Origin: Anaeramoeba ignava BMAN
Lineage: Eukaryota; Protista; Anaeramoebae
Direction: 5' to 3'
NCBI GenBank assembly: GCA_028826165.1
Contig: JAPDFW010000002.1
Span: 41,056 to 105,055 of the forward strand
Length of the DNA: 64,000 bases
The notes under the pieces were generated by a model. It saw only the letters and a program-made list of their open reading frames with translations, was not told the DNA's origin and ran no database searches. The translations under genes and the position numbers were made by a program. How positions within the stretch are numbered: the first letter of the stretch is position 1; the number at the start of each line of letters is the position of its first letter. Positions 1 to 13,492 of the stretch are shown piece by piece.

Positions 1-797
1 TTCTACCGCATCTGGAGAAGGCAGGAATTGACAAAGCAACAGAAATGCTTCAGAAATTCTTAAAATATAATGGATACCTTGCAGATCATTTTAATCGAGT
101 AGCTGCAATTTGTGGAGATATTTCAAGAACACAAACAAAACTTGATTTCACTAACAATGAAAATAATGAAAATAATGAAAATAATGAAAATAATCAAAAT
201 AATCAAAATAATCAAAATAATGAAATTAATGAAGAAAACTCGAATACTCAAAAGAAAACAAGGTTCAAAAGATACAACACTTTGGAGGAAAAAAGCCAAG
301 AAAAGATGGAAAAAATGGAACAAAAAAATTTAAAAAGAAATCAATCAGAAGTTGCAAATAAGAAAACTCGTTCTTTGTCTCAACGTTTACTTGGAAGTAA
401 GAAAACCGTTTTGAAATCAAATCCTCAAGTCGAGAAGGAAATGCTCCAAATGTGGGAAACTAGTTCACGTGTTGCAATTTCTAAACAAGGAGTAATGGTT
501 CATCGAAATACTCAAGGTCTTGAATGGAAAAAACGTTTTGTTTGCTTGAAACTTAATATTATAGGCATTTTCAATAAGAAAAAAGACGAAAAACCGATTC
601 GAGTCATACAGATTAATTCATCTTCTTTGATTTCGGTTATTCCTTATTCTGAGTTTAAGAAAAAAAATCTTTTTCAAATTACAAGAAAAAATGAAGAAAT
701 AAATGCTGATTATTTTTCATGTTCTTCTTCTGATTTATGTAATGAATGGGTGAATAATTTGAAGGAAATTCGAACCAGTTTAACACGTGATTTTTAA
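1..797 (+). CDS. 3' part of a protein with a C-terminal PH domain (preceding helical segment possibly the end of a BAR-like domain); 5'-truncated by the window edge
   Basis: Frame is open from nt 3 (LPHLEKAGIDKATEM...). C-terminus has the PH pattern 'SKQGVMVHR..LEWKKRFVCLK..PIRVIQI..LFQITR..YFSCSSSDLCNEWVNNLKEI'. Confidence 0.75.
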   Translation, partial: LPHLEKAGIDKATEMLQKFLKYNGYLADHFNRVAAICGDISRTQTKLDFTNNENNENNENNENNQNNQNNQNNEINEENSNTQKKTRFKRYNTLEEKSQEKMEKMEQKNLKRNQSEVANKKTRSLSQRLLGSKKTVLKSNPQVEKEMLQMWETSSRVAISKQGVMVHRNTQGLEWKKRFVCLKLNIIGIFNKKKDEKPIRVIQINSSSLISVIPYSEFKKKNLFQITRKNEEINADYFSCSSSDLCNEWVNNLKEIRTSLTRDF

Positions 798-995
798 AGC
801 AAATTAAAATCAAGAACTAAATTAAAAAATAATTAAAAAATAATTAAAAAATAAAAACCAAAAATAAAAATAAATTGGGAATTATTTAGTTGATTTTTCT
901 TGAAGTAAAAAAAATAAGGAAACAAAAAATAATTGATAATTGATAATTGATAATTGAAAATTGAAAATTAAAAAATTAAAAAATTAAAAGAGAAA

Positions 996-3900
996 TTATT
1001 TATCATCAGATGATAAAGAAATAAGAGGTTGTTGACTTATTGTTGGAACAAGTTGATGAGTATTAGTGTTATTGTTATTATTATTGTTATTATTGTTGTT
1101 ATTGTTATTATTGTTTTCGTTTGTATTCTGATTATCATCATTGTCGTCAATAATAGGAGGAGGAAGAACAATTGTTTCGTCAATATCAAAATCTTTTAAA
1201 TCAGGAGGAGGAATGATATTTTCATCAAGTTCAATTTCATCATTCAAAGGAGGGATGTTTTTTAGGGTTGAAGGATCAATATCAATATTGTCATTATCTG
1301 AGTTATGATTTGAAGAAGTGTAAGAGGAAGTATCTGAAGATTCGTAATCTGAGTTTTCCTTCTTGTTTTTTCTGAAGATTTGTTTGAGTTTTGATTTGAA
1401 TTTTTTTTTAGTTGGAGGTTTTCCGTGTTTTTTAGAGTATTTTTCAAGAGAACGGAAAAGAACAGAAAGGGAACGTTTATCGAGAACGCGTGCGTCTTTG
1501 AGCCAGTAAAGAAGAGCATTTGAAGCGAAGGGAAGGATATCGTCCTGCCAAAGTATTTTACATTTTTGAGGATGAGAAAGGTTTTCTTGTTGTTTATCTT
1601 TATCTTTATCTTTTTCTTTTTCTTTTTCATTTTCATTATCATTATCTTTTTCATCATCTTTTTCATCATCTTTATCTTTTTCATCTCCTGTTAAAATATC
1701 CAGTTCAATTTCATCATTTTTATCTTTTTCATCTTTTTTATCATCTTCATCTTTTTCATCTTTTTCATCTTTTTTATCTTCATCTTTTTTATCTTCATCT
1801 TTTTGTTTTCATCTTCATCAAATGTATTGATTTTCCAATTATCCATATTTTCATCATTCAATTGATTCTGAGCAAAAGTAGAAATTGAATGAGAAATATT
1901 TGCGAATTTTTCACGATCTTCTTTTTCAGCATTAAGAAGCCAAGGAAAAATAGATTTAGGGACAGAATCATCTCTGAGGAAATGAAGAACCTCAGCAGTA
2001 TTCCAAACACGTTTACCAGCAACAGGAACAGAATTTGGGGAAACAAGACCCTGAGATTGGAGATGGTTCTGGAGCTCAGCAAGCTCTAAAGCGCGGTCTT
2101 TTGCAAGAGCACGCATGCGTTTGCGATCATAAAAAATAGCGAAAATGATAAGAATAACTGCGGAAAGAACAGCAAGAATCACAAATGAGGAAAGTAAACG
2201 TTCAGTGGGCTTGTTTGGAAACTCGCGGCCGTAGAATAAGGTGCCGCCAAGAAGAACAAGAACTCGGATAATCAGGATTACAAACTCAAGACGGTTGTGT
2301 CGGGCAATTTTGTAGGGTCGAGTGTAGAGTTGAAGAAGAAGAACTACAAAAAGTGCCATCTCAACAAATGCTGCTTGCATCATTGGATAGCGAGACATGA
2401 AGAGCGCAAAGATGATGAACAGAAATCGGCGCAGAAAGATCCAGGATTCCCAGAGATATACCTCATCGGCAAAACGACCTGCGATGAGACCGAATTCTTC
2501 GCGGAAGGAAATTCGTGATTTGAATCTTCGCATGATGTAGATTAATCCGAATGGGATTCCGAAAACATAGATCAGGAAGAAAATAACCCCAAAAGCTAAA
2601 ACAGCGCGATATTGCGAGCCGCTGCATGCGCGGAAGGGTTCTGGATCGAATACGGAGAAATCTCCCTCGTATCGTGTGCAATCCATGGAGCGCATGATCC
2701 ACAGGGAAAGTGGGATGTATAGAAATGTTAGTGAAAATGTGAATGCGTTCACGCTGTTTTTGGCGAGAATGTAGAGCTCTTCCATTCGTCGGAAGTGGAA
2801 TAATTTGCGCATTAATTTTAGCCATGCTCGACGAATTTTGCCGAATGTAGAAAATGTGGATGTGAGATCGAATACGTTGGGCCATTTGCGACGGAGTTTT
2901 TCGGCGCGTGGTTCGATGAAATATGCCCAAAGAGAAGCAAAGAAGTAGTATAAATAATAAGCAGCAGCGACAAAAAGAGGGAGGAAAAGAGCGACAACGA
3001 ATTTCTCAGTGAATCCCATGTGGTGGTTGTAGCATTCTGAGGCTAGGAGATCGATATTGAGACTGGAGATTGAGAGGAACTCGAAAAATCGCACGACAGA
3101 ATCAGACCAATTGAGCTCGAAGAAGCTAAGAAGGGCGGTTTCCTGAAGGAATCCGAAGAGGATTGTTAGCGGAGCGAGATAGAGCGGCGGAGGCGAGCCA
3201 AGAGAGGCCAGTTGATAGAACACCCAGCAAATAAAAACGAAGAAAAGAACAAATATCGCGATCCGCCATTTCGCGTTGGGTTCACATCCGTAACAAAAAC
3301 TACCAAGTCGATACGCATCATCGGAACACTCGCCGCACATTCTACCCTCGTAGTTGTCTGCGCAGTTACCGCCGCCTGTGCAAGCCTGACGGGGAACGCA
3401 CGGGAAAAAAAGAACCTCGTCTGCTGATCGGTTCCAATATCCGGCAGCGGAAAGGGGGATAATCATTCCGAGTTGAGAACAATCCCCCCCAATTGGACAT
3501 TCTTTGCAATCACCCACAACCCCATAATATCCGGGCTTGCATAAACACTGCGTAAGATTGACTGCGCCCTTGTCCGCTGTCCGTGTGGGGTCGGGACAGT
3601 CGATGCATGATGATTGGTTGCTGATCGGGTTGTATTGGGTCACTGGACACAGAGAACACTCGCTTGCCGCAAGTCCCGAATAGCTTCCTGGATCGCAGAT
3701 AAAACATGCGCGAGAGGCCACGGCTGAGGAATACGATCCTGGCTGGCAATCTGTGCAGACTTCCGCTGCAAATGTATCCGAAAATGTCCCTCTTCCGCAA
3801 TCCGTGCAGAATCTGCTTTGGTTGTTCTGGATCTTTCCTGGCGCACAACCCAATGCAGATATGAAGATCTGCGAGTCGTTGACTGTCACCTCAAACTCCT

Positions 3901-6900
3901 TGAAATAATCCTGATACGGCGTGTCTGTTGAATCGAGCTCCTTTTCATAATAATACGGATACGTGCTGTTTGCGCTTGTGTTCTGTCGCGGATTAGAGTA
4001 CGGATTATAATCCGCGCTTGTGGGTCCTTCATCAACAACAGTGCGCCAAAAACGTTCGCTGTAATCAAGATAGTTTGAGTTGTTGCTGTCTTGACTTGGC
4101 ACGTTGGAAACATTGGCAGTTATTGTGACCGAATCGGATCCGTTTTGGATTATCGAGAAATTCTGTCCAACTTCAGGAACAAAGGGATAAAGAATAACAA
4201 AATCAAGGAGACCATCTATTGCAACGGAACTGCCAGGTTTTGTGAAGTTGATTTTCTCAAAATGTGTTGAATCATAAACGCGCGAGCGCAACATTCCTTC
4301 AACGGTTTGCGAATAATTTCCCTGAACAGTCAGCGTTCCGAAATCCAAATATAACGGTGATGTCCAATCAACGCCTCCCCAGAGACACCCTCCATCGTTA
4401 ACAATATCTGCCTCAAGCACGCCAACACCTCGTACTGTTCCTTGATCCATCAGCATCCCTGTCAAAACCCTTAATATACCCCCATTTTCAATGAAAATAT
4501 ACGGGCTCCGATCGTAGTCGTGACTGCTTAAAATCGTGTCCGAGTGATCGTAGATGTACTTTGTCTCCAGCGAAAACACCTCAAGCTCTTGATCCTCCCC
4601 TATAATTATTTCCGCGCGTTTATCCGCATTGACCATGCTCGAATTAATTTGCAATTTATTCACCCGGTCAACAACCTCAATTGTCCCGAAATTAAAAAAT
4701 GCCACTTCGTCGTTTTGTTCTGTTGTATTTTCGAAACCGATGCCAGTTGATTCATCGCCGAATTCGAAGATTCCGTGGTTCAAAATGCTTCCTGAAAAGT
4801 TCCAAGAAATTCCCGAAATTGCGAATTCGCCGTGGATTGTGAGGAAACCCTTGTCGACAACCACAGCACCTTCTGGCTCTACATAAAGCGCACCTGAGAC
4901 GACGAATCCTTTGGCATTAGGATCCACTGAGATGTTTGGGAGCTGAGAAAAGAAGACAAGATGGGATCCGTTACCAACCGTAAAATTTCCTGTGTTTCCG
5001 CTGCAAATGTTCCCGCAAGGATGAGGTGTGGTTCCCTCGTTTTCTTCTGTTGTGTCAATTGTGAACATTGTTCCTGATGAGAGATACACTGTTGATTCCC
5101 ATCCCATTGTCAATCCGTTGGTGCCTGTCCAACTTCCTCTTCCATTCGGCTCGAGAAAAACCTTCATTGAATCAAGCCATCTTGCGTTTTGTGTGTAATT
5201 GAACGTGTCCGTTCCGTCTGTTAGTTCGATCAACTGTTTCACTCGTATTTCTGTGTATTCAAATTGCTTTCCGCTTATTTTCCCCTGTTTCCAGCTGAAA
5301 GTTTTGGCTATTTCCATTGTTCCGGGCATGATGTAGATGTTTCCTTTCTCAATTTCAAGTGATGTTATGTTCGTGTTGTTAAATGTTGGTTGCGCGTTTG
5401 CGTTTGTATTGTTTATGTTCACTTGTATTCCGTATGCTGCTTGGGATGTGAATGAATTGTTTTGGAAAAGAACATCTGTCATGTTGAAGTTGTTTGATTT
5501 CACGACAATAAGGCTTGGTGTTATTGGTCCTGTGTAGATGTTTTGGAATGTGCAATTCTCGAATACGATTGACTATTTTTGATTTTATAAATTTATATAT
5601 AAATTTATATTTAGATTTATATTTAGATTTATATTTAGATTTATATTTATATTTAGATTTAAATTTATATTTATATTTATATTTATATTTATATTTATAT
5701 TTATATTTATATTTATATTTATATTTATATTTATATTTATATTTATATTATATTTCATATTTTATATTATTTATATATTTATATTTATATATTTATATTT
5801 ATATTTATATTTATATTTATATTTATATTTATATTTATATTTATATTTATATTTATATTTATATTTATATTTATATTTATATTTATATTTATATTTATAT
5901 TTATATTTATATTTATATTTATATTTATATTTATATTTATATTTATATTTATATTTATATTTATATTTATATTTATATTTTATATTTTATATTTTATATT
6001 TATATTTATATTTATATTTATATTTATATTTATATTTATATTTATATTTATATTTATATTTATATTTATATTTATATTTTATTTATATTTATATTTATTT
6101 TTATTTATATTTATATTTATATTTATATTTATATTTATATTTATATTTATATTTATATTTATATTTATATTTTATATTTATATTTATATTTATATTAATA
6201 TTTATATTTTATATTTATATTTTTATATTTAATTTATATTTATATTTATATTTATATTTATATTTATATTTATATTTATATTTATATTTATATTTATATT
6301 TATATTTATATTTATATTTATATTTATATTTATATTTATATTTATATTTATATTTATATTTATATTTATATTTATATTTATATTTATATTTATATTTATT
6401 TTATATTTATATTTATATTTATATTTATATTTATATTTATATTTATATTTTTTATTTATTTATATTTTATGTTTATATTTTATATTTATATTTTTTATTT
6501 TTATTTATTTTATATTTTTATATTTATTTTTATATTTATATTTATATTTATATTTATATTTTATATTTATATTTATATTTATATTTATATTTATATTTAT
6601 ATTTATATTTATATTTATATTTATATTTATATTTATATTTATATTTATATTTATATTTATATTTATATTTATATTTTATTTATATTTATATTTATATTTA
6701 TATTTATATTTATATTTATATTTATATTTATATTTATATTTATATTTATATTTATATTTATATTTAATTGTATTTATATTTCTATTTATATTTATATTTA
6801 TATTTATATTTATATTTATATTTATATTTATATTTATATTTATATTTAGATTTTGATCTTGATCAAAAAATATTAATAAAAACATACATGAGTATCAAAA

Positions 6901-7364
6901 TCGGAAAGTTCAAGAAAAGAAACATTAGCAGTAGAATAAATCTGTTGAAAAAAAACATTCACGAAAGAGATCTGAATAGAGACATTAGCTTGTTCGAAAT
7001 TAGCCAAACGATTAACATTAACAATTTTCAAATTCTTAACAACAAAATTAATTTGAACCAAATCAAAAAGTTGATTTGTTGAATCACTTGGACATAAAGA
7101 AGCACCACAATCAAGAGTTAAAGTTGGTAAATCAACTGACTCTCTCCCTTTTAAAGTTAACTGAGTTGCATTTGTTGAGCCAAAATCTAAAGTTGTTGTC
7201 AAATGAAATCCAGGATATAGAACTATTGAATCCCCAGTAAATGCACTATCTATTGCTGCTTGTATTGATTGTCCTGGCATTATGTTGATTTCATTGCTAA
7301 ATACTTGACTGATAATTGTTAAAAAAATTAAAAATATTATCTTCTTGTAATAAAATTTGATCAT
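996..7364 (-). CDS. Large cell-surface multipass protein: signal peptide, beta-helix/autotransporter-passenger-like ectodomain, GCC2/GCC3-type (ephrin-receptor-like) Cys-rich repeats, ~9 TM helices, acidic tail
   Basis: Exon 1 7364-6888 ([23 protein letters not shown] signal peptide, then '[23 protein letters not shown]'). Intron 6887-5573 (GTATGT..TAG, phase 0). Exon 2 from 5572 (SIVFENCTF..) is in frame with the 1270-aa ORF. CxxGxY/F..CxxC repeats lie at ~3300-3860 and hydrophobic helices at ~2120-3260. A 1-nt shift at the T-run near 1800 restores DEK repeats and an open frame to TAA at 996-998. Confidence 0.8.
5573..6887 (-). repeat. 1315-nt intron filled with (ATAAAT)n hexamer microsatellite (sense strand)
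   Basis: GT..AG boundaries join flanking exons in frame; plus strand reads (ATTTAT)n from ~5640 to ~6848. Confidence 0.9.
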
Positions 7365-7756
7365 GAAATTGTAAAAAAAAAATAAATTGAAAATTGTTTT
7401 TTTTTTTGTTATTAATTATATTATTGTCAAAAAAAAAATTATGAGAAAAAAAAATGAAATGTTTTTTTTGTTTATTTAAAAAAAGATTGTTTGTTTTTTT
7501 TGTTTTGTTTGTTTGTTTTAAAAAAATTTTTTTTTAATTTTTTTTTTTTTTTTTGATTTTAAATAAAAAAAATAAGAAAGATGGTTATTTAGAAGATTTA
7601 ATTTTTGTTCTTTTTTTCTTCTTTGTTTTTTTTTTTTCTTCTTTTTTTTTAAATTGAAAAAGCAAAAAAATTTTTTTAATATTTTTTTTTTCATTTTTTT
7701 TTTTTTTTTTTTTTTTTTAAGAATAAAAATTATAAATCTAAAAATAAAAAATTTAA

Positions 7757-10700
7757 ATGAATCCAAAAAAACCAAGACCTTTACCAAAACTTCCCCCTTT
7801 ATCAAGCAATGAAAATCAAAATCAAAATCAAAATTTAAATCAAATTGAAAATCAAAATGAAAATCAAAATTTAAATCAAAATCAAAATCAAATTCAAAAT
7901 GAAAATCAAAATCAAATTGAAAATCAAAATGAAAATCAAAATGAAAATCAAAATGAAAATCAAAATCAAAATCAAAATCAAAATCAAAATCAAAATGAAA
8001 ATCAAAATCAAAATCAAAATCAAAATCAAAATCAAAATTTAAATCAAAATCAAAATCAAAATCAAAATCAAAATCAAAATCAAAATTGAAAATCAAAATC
8101 AAAATCAAAATCAAAATCAAAATGAAAATCAAAATCAAAATCAAAATCAAAATCAAAATCAAAATCAAAATCAAAATCAAAATCAAAATCAAAATCAAAA
8201 TCAAAATCAAAATCAAAATCAAAATCAAAATATAAATCAAAATATAAATCAAATTGAAAATATATCACCAAGAAGAAAAAGAAGAAATAAACCTAACCAT
8301 ACCTCAAGTATTTCATACAGATCCACTATACACCTTGGATCTTTCAAAATAAATCCAAACAATGCAGAAATAATAGAAAATCTAAATGAAATATCACCTT
8401 CTCATCAAAGAAAACAATTTTCTACAACTCAAGAAATTCTTAAATTAACAAAAGAAAAAAATAAAAAATTACCACCTAATCCAAAAAAAGGAAATAATCA
8501 ACCTTTTAACACTAATATTGAAATAAATCAACTTAATCATACAAAAATAAATAAATCAAAATCACAAACTGAAAAATTACTTAAAAGCAATTCGTTAGAA
8601 TTTCAGCAACCTAAATCAAATCTTGAAATTAGAAAAAATACATCAACAAGCATTAATTCAGTAGAAAATCATAAAATTAATTCTGATCTTCATCCTATTC
8701 ATTTTAAAGGAAAAATTTCACGTTCAATTCAAGAAGAACTTTTAATGGAAATGAAATCTTTAAGACAAAGTCAAAACGAAAATTTAAATGAAAATTTAAA
8801 TGAAATTGAAAAACAAATTGAAAAACAAATTAAAAATCAAATTAAAAGTAAAATTGAAAAACAAATTCAAAATTTAAATGTGAATCAAATTGAAAATGAA
8901 AATGAAAATCAAAATCAAATTGAAAATGAAAATCAAAATGAAAATGAAAATCAAATTGAAAATGAAAATGAAAATCAAAATCAAAATCAAAATCAAAATC
9001 AAATTGAAAATCAAAATCAAAATATAAATGAAAATGAAAATCAAAATCAAAATCAAAATCAAAATCAAATTTCAAAAATTCCAATTAAATTCCCTTCAAA
9101 AGTTCCAATTAAATTCCCTTCAAAAATTCCAATTAAATTCCCTTCAAAAATTCAATCTACTTCTTCTAATATTCCTAAATCTCGACCACCAAGACCAAAA
9201 GCACCACCACCAAAAATAATTAGAAAAGCACCAGTTCATAAAACTACAAATATCGCAAAACCAAAATTTCCAGCACCAAAAATAATAAATTCACCAAAAA
9301 ATTCAAATTCAATAAATACATTTCCAAAAAATCCATCCCCAAAAAATATAAATACAATAAATACAAATCCAATAAATATAAATCCAAAAAATACAAATCC
9401 AATAAATACAAATCCAAAAAATATAAATCCAAAAAATACAAATCCAATAAATATAAATCCAAAAAATACAAATCCAAAAAATAAAAATCCAAAAAATATA
9501 AATCCAATAAATCCAAATCCAATAAATATAAATCCAAAAAATACATCTCCAAGAAATCCAAATCCAAAAAATATAAATCCAAAAAACCCATATGTAAATG
9601 AACAATCAAAAATCGAACCCAAAAATCTTCAAACAAAATATCAAAGAAATAGAGCAATATCATTTACAGAAAGAATGAGAAAATTTCAAAACACTTCTCC
9701 AGAAATAAATAAACAATCAAGTGAAAATAGATTTCGCAGAAAAAATGAATTTGAACCACAAGGAAATGTGAGAAAATTAAAACAAGAACTACAATCAAAA
9801 CTCTTTGTATTTCCAACACAACCACAAAAAGAACAAATTCCAAAAGAAATTCCAAAAAAAATTCCAAAAGAAATTCCAAAAGAAAAAAAAGAAGAAAAAA
9901 TTCTTCGTTTTCAATCAAATCCTCAATATATTGATTCTTCATCAACTGAAATTGACCAAGAAAAACTTAAACCAAGTAAATCTCTTGAACATATTCAAAC
10001 AGAAAAAAATGAACCTTCTGTTGATGATCATAAAAAAACAGAGAAAAAAAGCAAAAATATTTTCTCAAAACTTAAATCTTCAAAAAATAAAGAAAACGAA
10101 AAGGAAAACGAAAAAAAACAAAAGCAAAAGCAAGAAAAGCAAAAGCAAAAGCAACAAAAACAAAAGGAAAAACAACAAAAACAACAAAAACAAAAACAAA
10201 CAAAGCAATCAAAACAACAGAAAAAGAAACAAGAAAAAGAAGAAAAGCAAAAACAAATCGAAAGACAAAAACAAGAAGAGCAACAGAAACAACAAGAAAA
10301 ACAAAGACAAGAAGAAGAAAGAGAAAAAATAGCAATGATGCTTAGAGAAAAATACGCTGAAATTCTTGCCCAAATTCGCGAAAGAACAAAAATTACAAAC
10401 CAACTCATTGAAAACGAAAAACTATTTTATAATCAACTCACAATTTTCCAACAAAAATTTATGAAACCCATTGAAAATTCAAATTCTCTTCAACCTTTTC
10501 AATTCGAAACATTATTCGGTAAAACAAACGAACTCATTGAACATTCCAATAAAATTTATCAAAAATTAATGCGAGCATTTAAACAAAGTTCAGATGTTGG
10601 TGATTGCTTCTTCGAATTTGACTACTATCTTTTTAGAGATGTTTCAGAAGCTTATGATGATTCTCTTTACACAATGCTTTTGGCAAAAAGTAACAATGAT

Positions 10701-13270
10701 AGCTTCAGAGAAATAATTGAAAAATGTGAAAAAGAAGCAGAAGGAAAGCAATTTACTGATTTTGTTATTCTTCCTTTGAAACACGTGAAAAATTATCATG
10801 ATTTAATTGAATCACTTTTATTTAACACTGATTTCGAAAGTGAAGATTATGCAAAATTATATCCCTTTTACGAAGGTCTTGAAATTATTATGGATAGCAA
10901 TCTTATAGCAAGAGTTTACAGATATGACAACCAGCACCAACTCATCCAGATTGAATCAAATATCGAAAATCTTGGTGATATTGAAATTGTTAATCCTTTC
11001 CGTTCATTATATAGTCAAGGCAATGCTAAGAAATATGTTTATCCTCATGCATCACTTTTTCTTCAGCAATATTATATGTTTAATGATATGATTGTACTTG
11101 CAAATTTGACAAAAAAAGTACAACTTAAATTTGATCAAAAAATTGAATATTCATCTGCAATTATTCGTGATATCTCTTTTAATGAAAAAAATACAACCAC
11201 AACCATAAAGAAAAATTTAAATGAAAATCAAAATTTAAATAAAAATCAAAATGAAAATCAAAATGAAAATCAAAACGAAATGAAAAATCAAAATGAAAAT
11301 CAAAATCAAAATGAAAATAAAAATCAAGACGAAATGGAAAATCAAAATGAAAATCAAAATGAAAATGAAAATCAAAATCAAAATGAAATTAAAAATGAAA
11401 ATGAAAATCAAAATGAAAATCAAAATGAAAATCAAAATGAAAATGAAAATGAAAATGAAAATGAAAACAAAATTGAAAACGAAAATCAAAATCAAATTGA
11501 AAAAGAAAATCAAATTGAAAAAGAAAATCAAATTGAAAAAGAAAATCAAATTGAAAATGAAAAAGAAAATCAAATTGAAAATAAAAATGAAAATAAAATT
11601 GAAAAAGAAAATCAAATTGAAAAAGAAAATCAAATTGAAAATGAAAAAGAAAATCAAATTGAAAAAGAAAATAAAAATGAAAAAGAAAATCAAATTGAAA
11701 ATGAAAAAGAAAATCAAATTGAAAATGAAAATAAAATTGAAAAAGAAAATAAAATTGAAAACGAAAATCAAATTGAAAATGAAAATAAAATTGAAAATCA
11801 AAATCAAAATCAAGATGAAATTGAAAATGAAGTTGAAAATGAAATTGACCAAGAATTAACAACAAAAATTGAGGAAATTAATAAATCAGATATTCAAACA
11901 TCAAAAATTGAAGATGGAATCATTCGTACAAATCAACCACAATTAGCAAATGCAATTGAAATATTTTCAGAAGATACAGAATCACGAGTTGTTTTATTAT
12001 TTCAAGATATTACAGAAAAAGAAATTTTCTTTTCTAATTTAACAGAAGTATTTTACGTAAGAGTTGAAAAAGGAATTGAACCACAATTTAACGAAGAAGA
12101 AATTGAAAAAGAAATCAACAAATCATCATCTATTGACATCCCAAAAGGAGAAATAACCAAAATTGAAAAAAGAGGACATATAATTACAGAATTATTTCAC
12201 ACAGAAGAAGAATATGTTCAAGATCTAATCACTATCCAAAAAATTTATATGAATGAAATGATCAAAAAGCAACTCATAACTCAACAAGAAGCTTCTCAAA
12301 TTTTTGGAAATATTGCAAATATTCAAAAAGTTAACTCAGATTTGGCTGAAATGCTAAAAAAGAATTTGGAAGCAATCGAAAATAAATATGAAAATCTTAA
12401 TGTAGGTTTAATTTTCTTTTCAATTGCAGAAAGACTCAAAGTTTATGGGAATTATGCATTGAATCAAAACTTATCGAATGAAACAATTTCCAAATGCTCA
12501 AAAAAAATTGAGTTTTTACAATATATTACTGATTGCCAAGAAAAACTTACAGAATGCAAGGGATTAGATTTACTCGATTTCTTGATAAAACCAATTCAAA
12601 GAATTTGCAAATATCCTTTGCTTTTTCGTGAAATATTGAGAAGTACAAGTCCAGATTATACTGATTATCAAGATCTTGCAAAAGCTTATGTTAAACTTGA
12701 AGAAGCTGCAGCTTATGTTAATACTATTAAAAAGCAAAGTGACACAAAAAAATTTCTAGAGGAAATTGCAAATAAAATTTTTGGAATTGAAAAACATTTA
12801 ATTCTTGCTTATCCAAACAGAAAAGTTATTCTTGAAGAAATTCCTATTAAAATTTTCCCTAAATCAAAAGGAATTAATGCATTTTTATGGATTTTCAATG
12901 ATATAATTGTTATTTCTAAGCTTCAAAAGAAAGATAAATATAAATTTATTGATTTTATTGAAATTGATCGAGCTTTGATAAAAGAACTTTTATCTTTAGG
13001 TATTTCATTTGAATAATTAATTTTAAATAATTAATATTTAATAATTAATTTTAATATTTTAATTTTAAATATTTGATTTAAATATTTGGATTTTAATATT
13101 TGATTTTGGATTTAGATTTCTCTTTCAAAATAATCGAATTTTCAGGTATTAAAGATATTACAATTCAATGCCGTGATAAAGAACAATATGAACAAATTAT
13201 AAATTCAATTAAATCTCAAATTATTCAACTTGCAAAAGAAAGATTTATTCAACAAAAAATAAAAAAATAA
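7757..13270 (+). CDS. Rho guanine nucleotide exchange factor with two tandem DH-PH modules and a long Pro/Asn/Gln-rich N-terminus
   Basis: DH1 'RTKITNQLIENEKLFYNQL..FVILPLKHVKNYHDLIESLL'; DH2 'RGHIITELFHTEEEYVQDL..LDFLIKPIQRICKYPLLFREILRST'; each is followed by a PH-like segment ('YYMFNDMIVL', 'LWIFNDIIVI'). One extra base at ~8084 links the 7757 ATG to the main frame. Intron 13000-13115; last exon 13116-13270. Confidence 0.85.
9330..9590 (+). repeat. Coding 15-nt repeat encoding (NPKNI/NPINT)-type pentapeptides in the RhoGEF
   Basis: AATCCAAAAAATA(C/T)A and AATCCAATAAATA(C/T)A units; preceded by three K(I/V)PIKFPS 24-nt repeats at ~9075-9150. Confidence 0.85.
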
Positions 13271-13492
13271 ATTTAATATTTTTTTCTTCTTATTTTTATA
13301 ATTTTTGAATTTAAGTGTGATCAATTTTTTCTTTAAAAGAAGAAAAGAAAGAATAAAAACAAATGAAAAACATTAAAAACTGACTAATTATTTTTTAAAG
13401 AAAAAAATTTTTTTTGTTCCATTATTTTTTAAATTCCATTTTTATTTTTTTTATTTTTTTTAATTTTTTTTAATTTTTTAAAAAAAAAAATA

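Noticed and set aside
1950-5572. Bacterial contamination explaining the GC-rich stretch
   Set aside because: The ORF splices in frame to an AT-rich host-type exon, ends in host-type N/DEK repeats and encodes eukaryote-type Cys-rich repeats.
5640-6848. Interstitial telomeric repeats
   Set aside because: The hexamers lack G-runs, differ between introns and sit within GT-AG boundaries.
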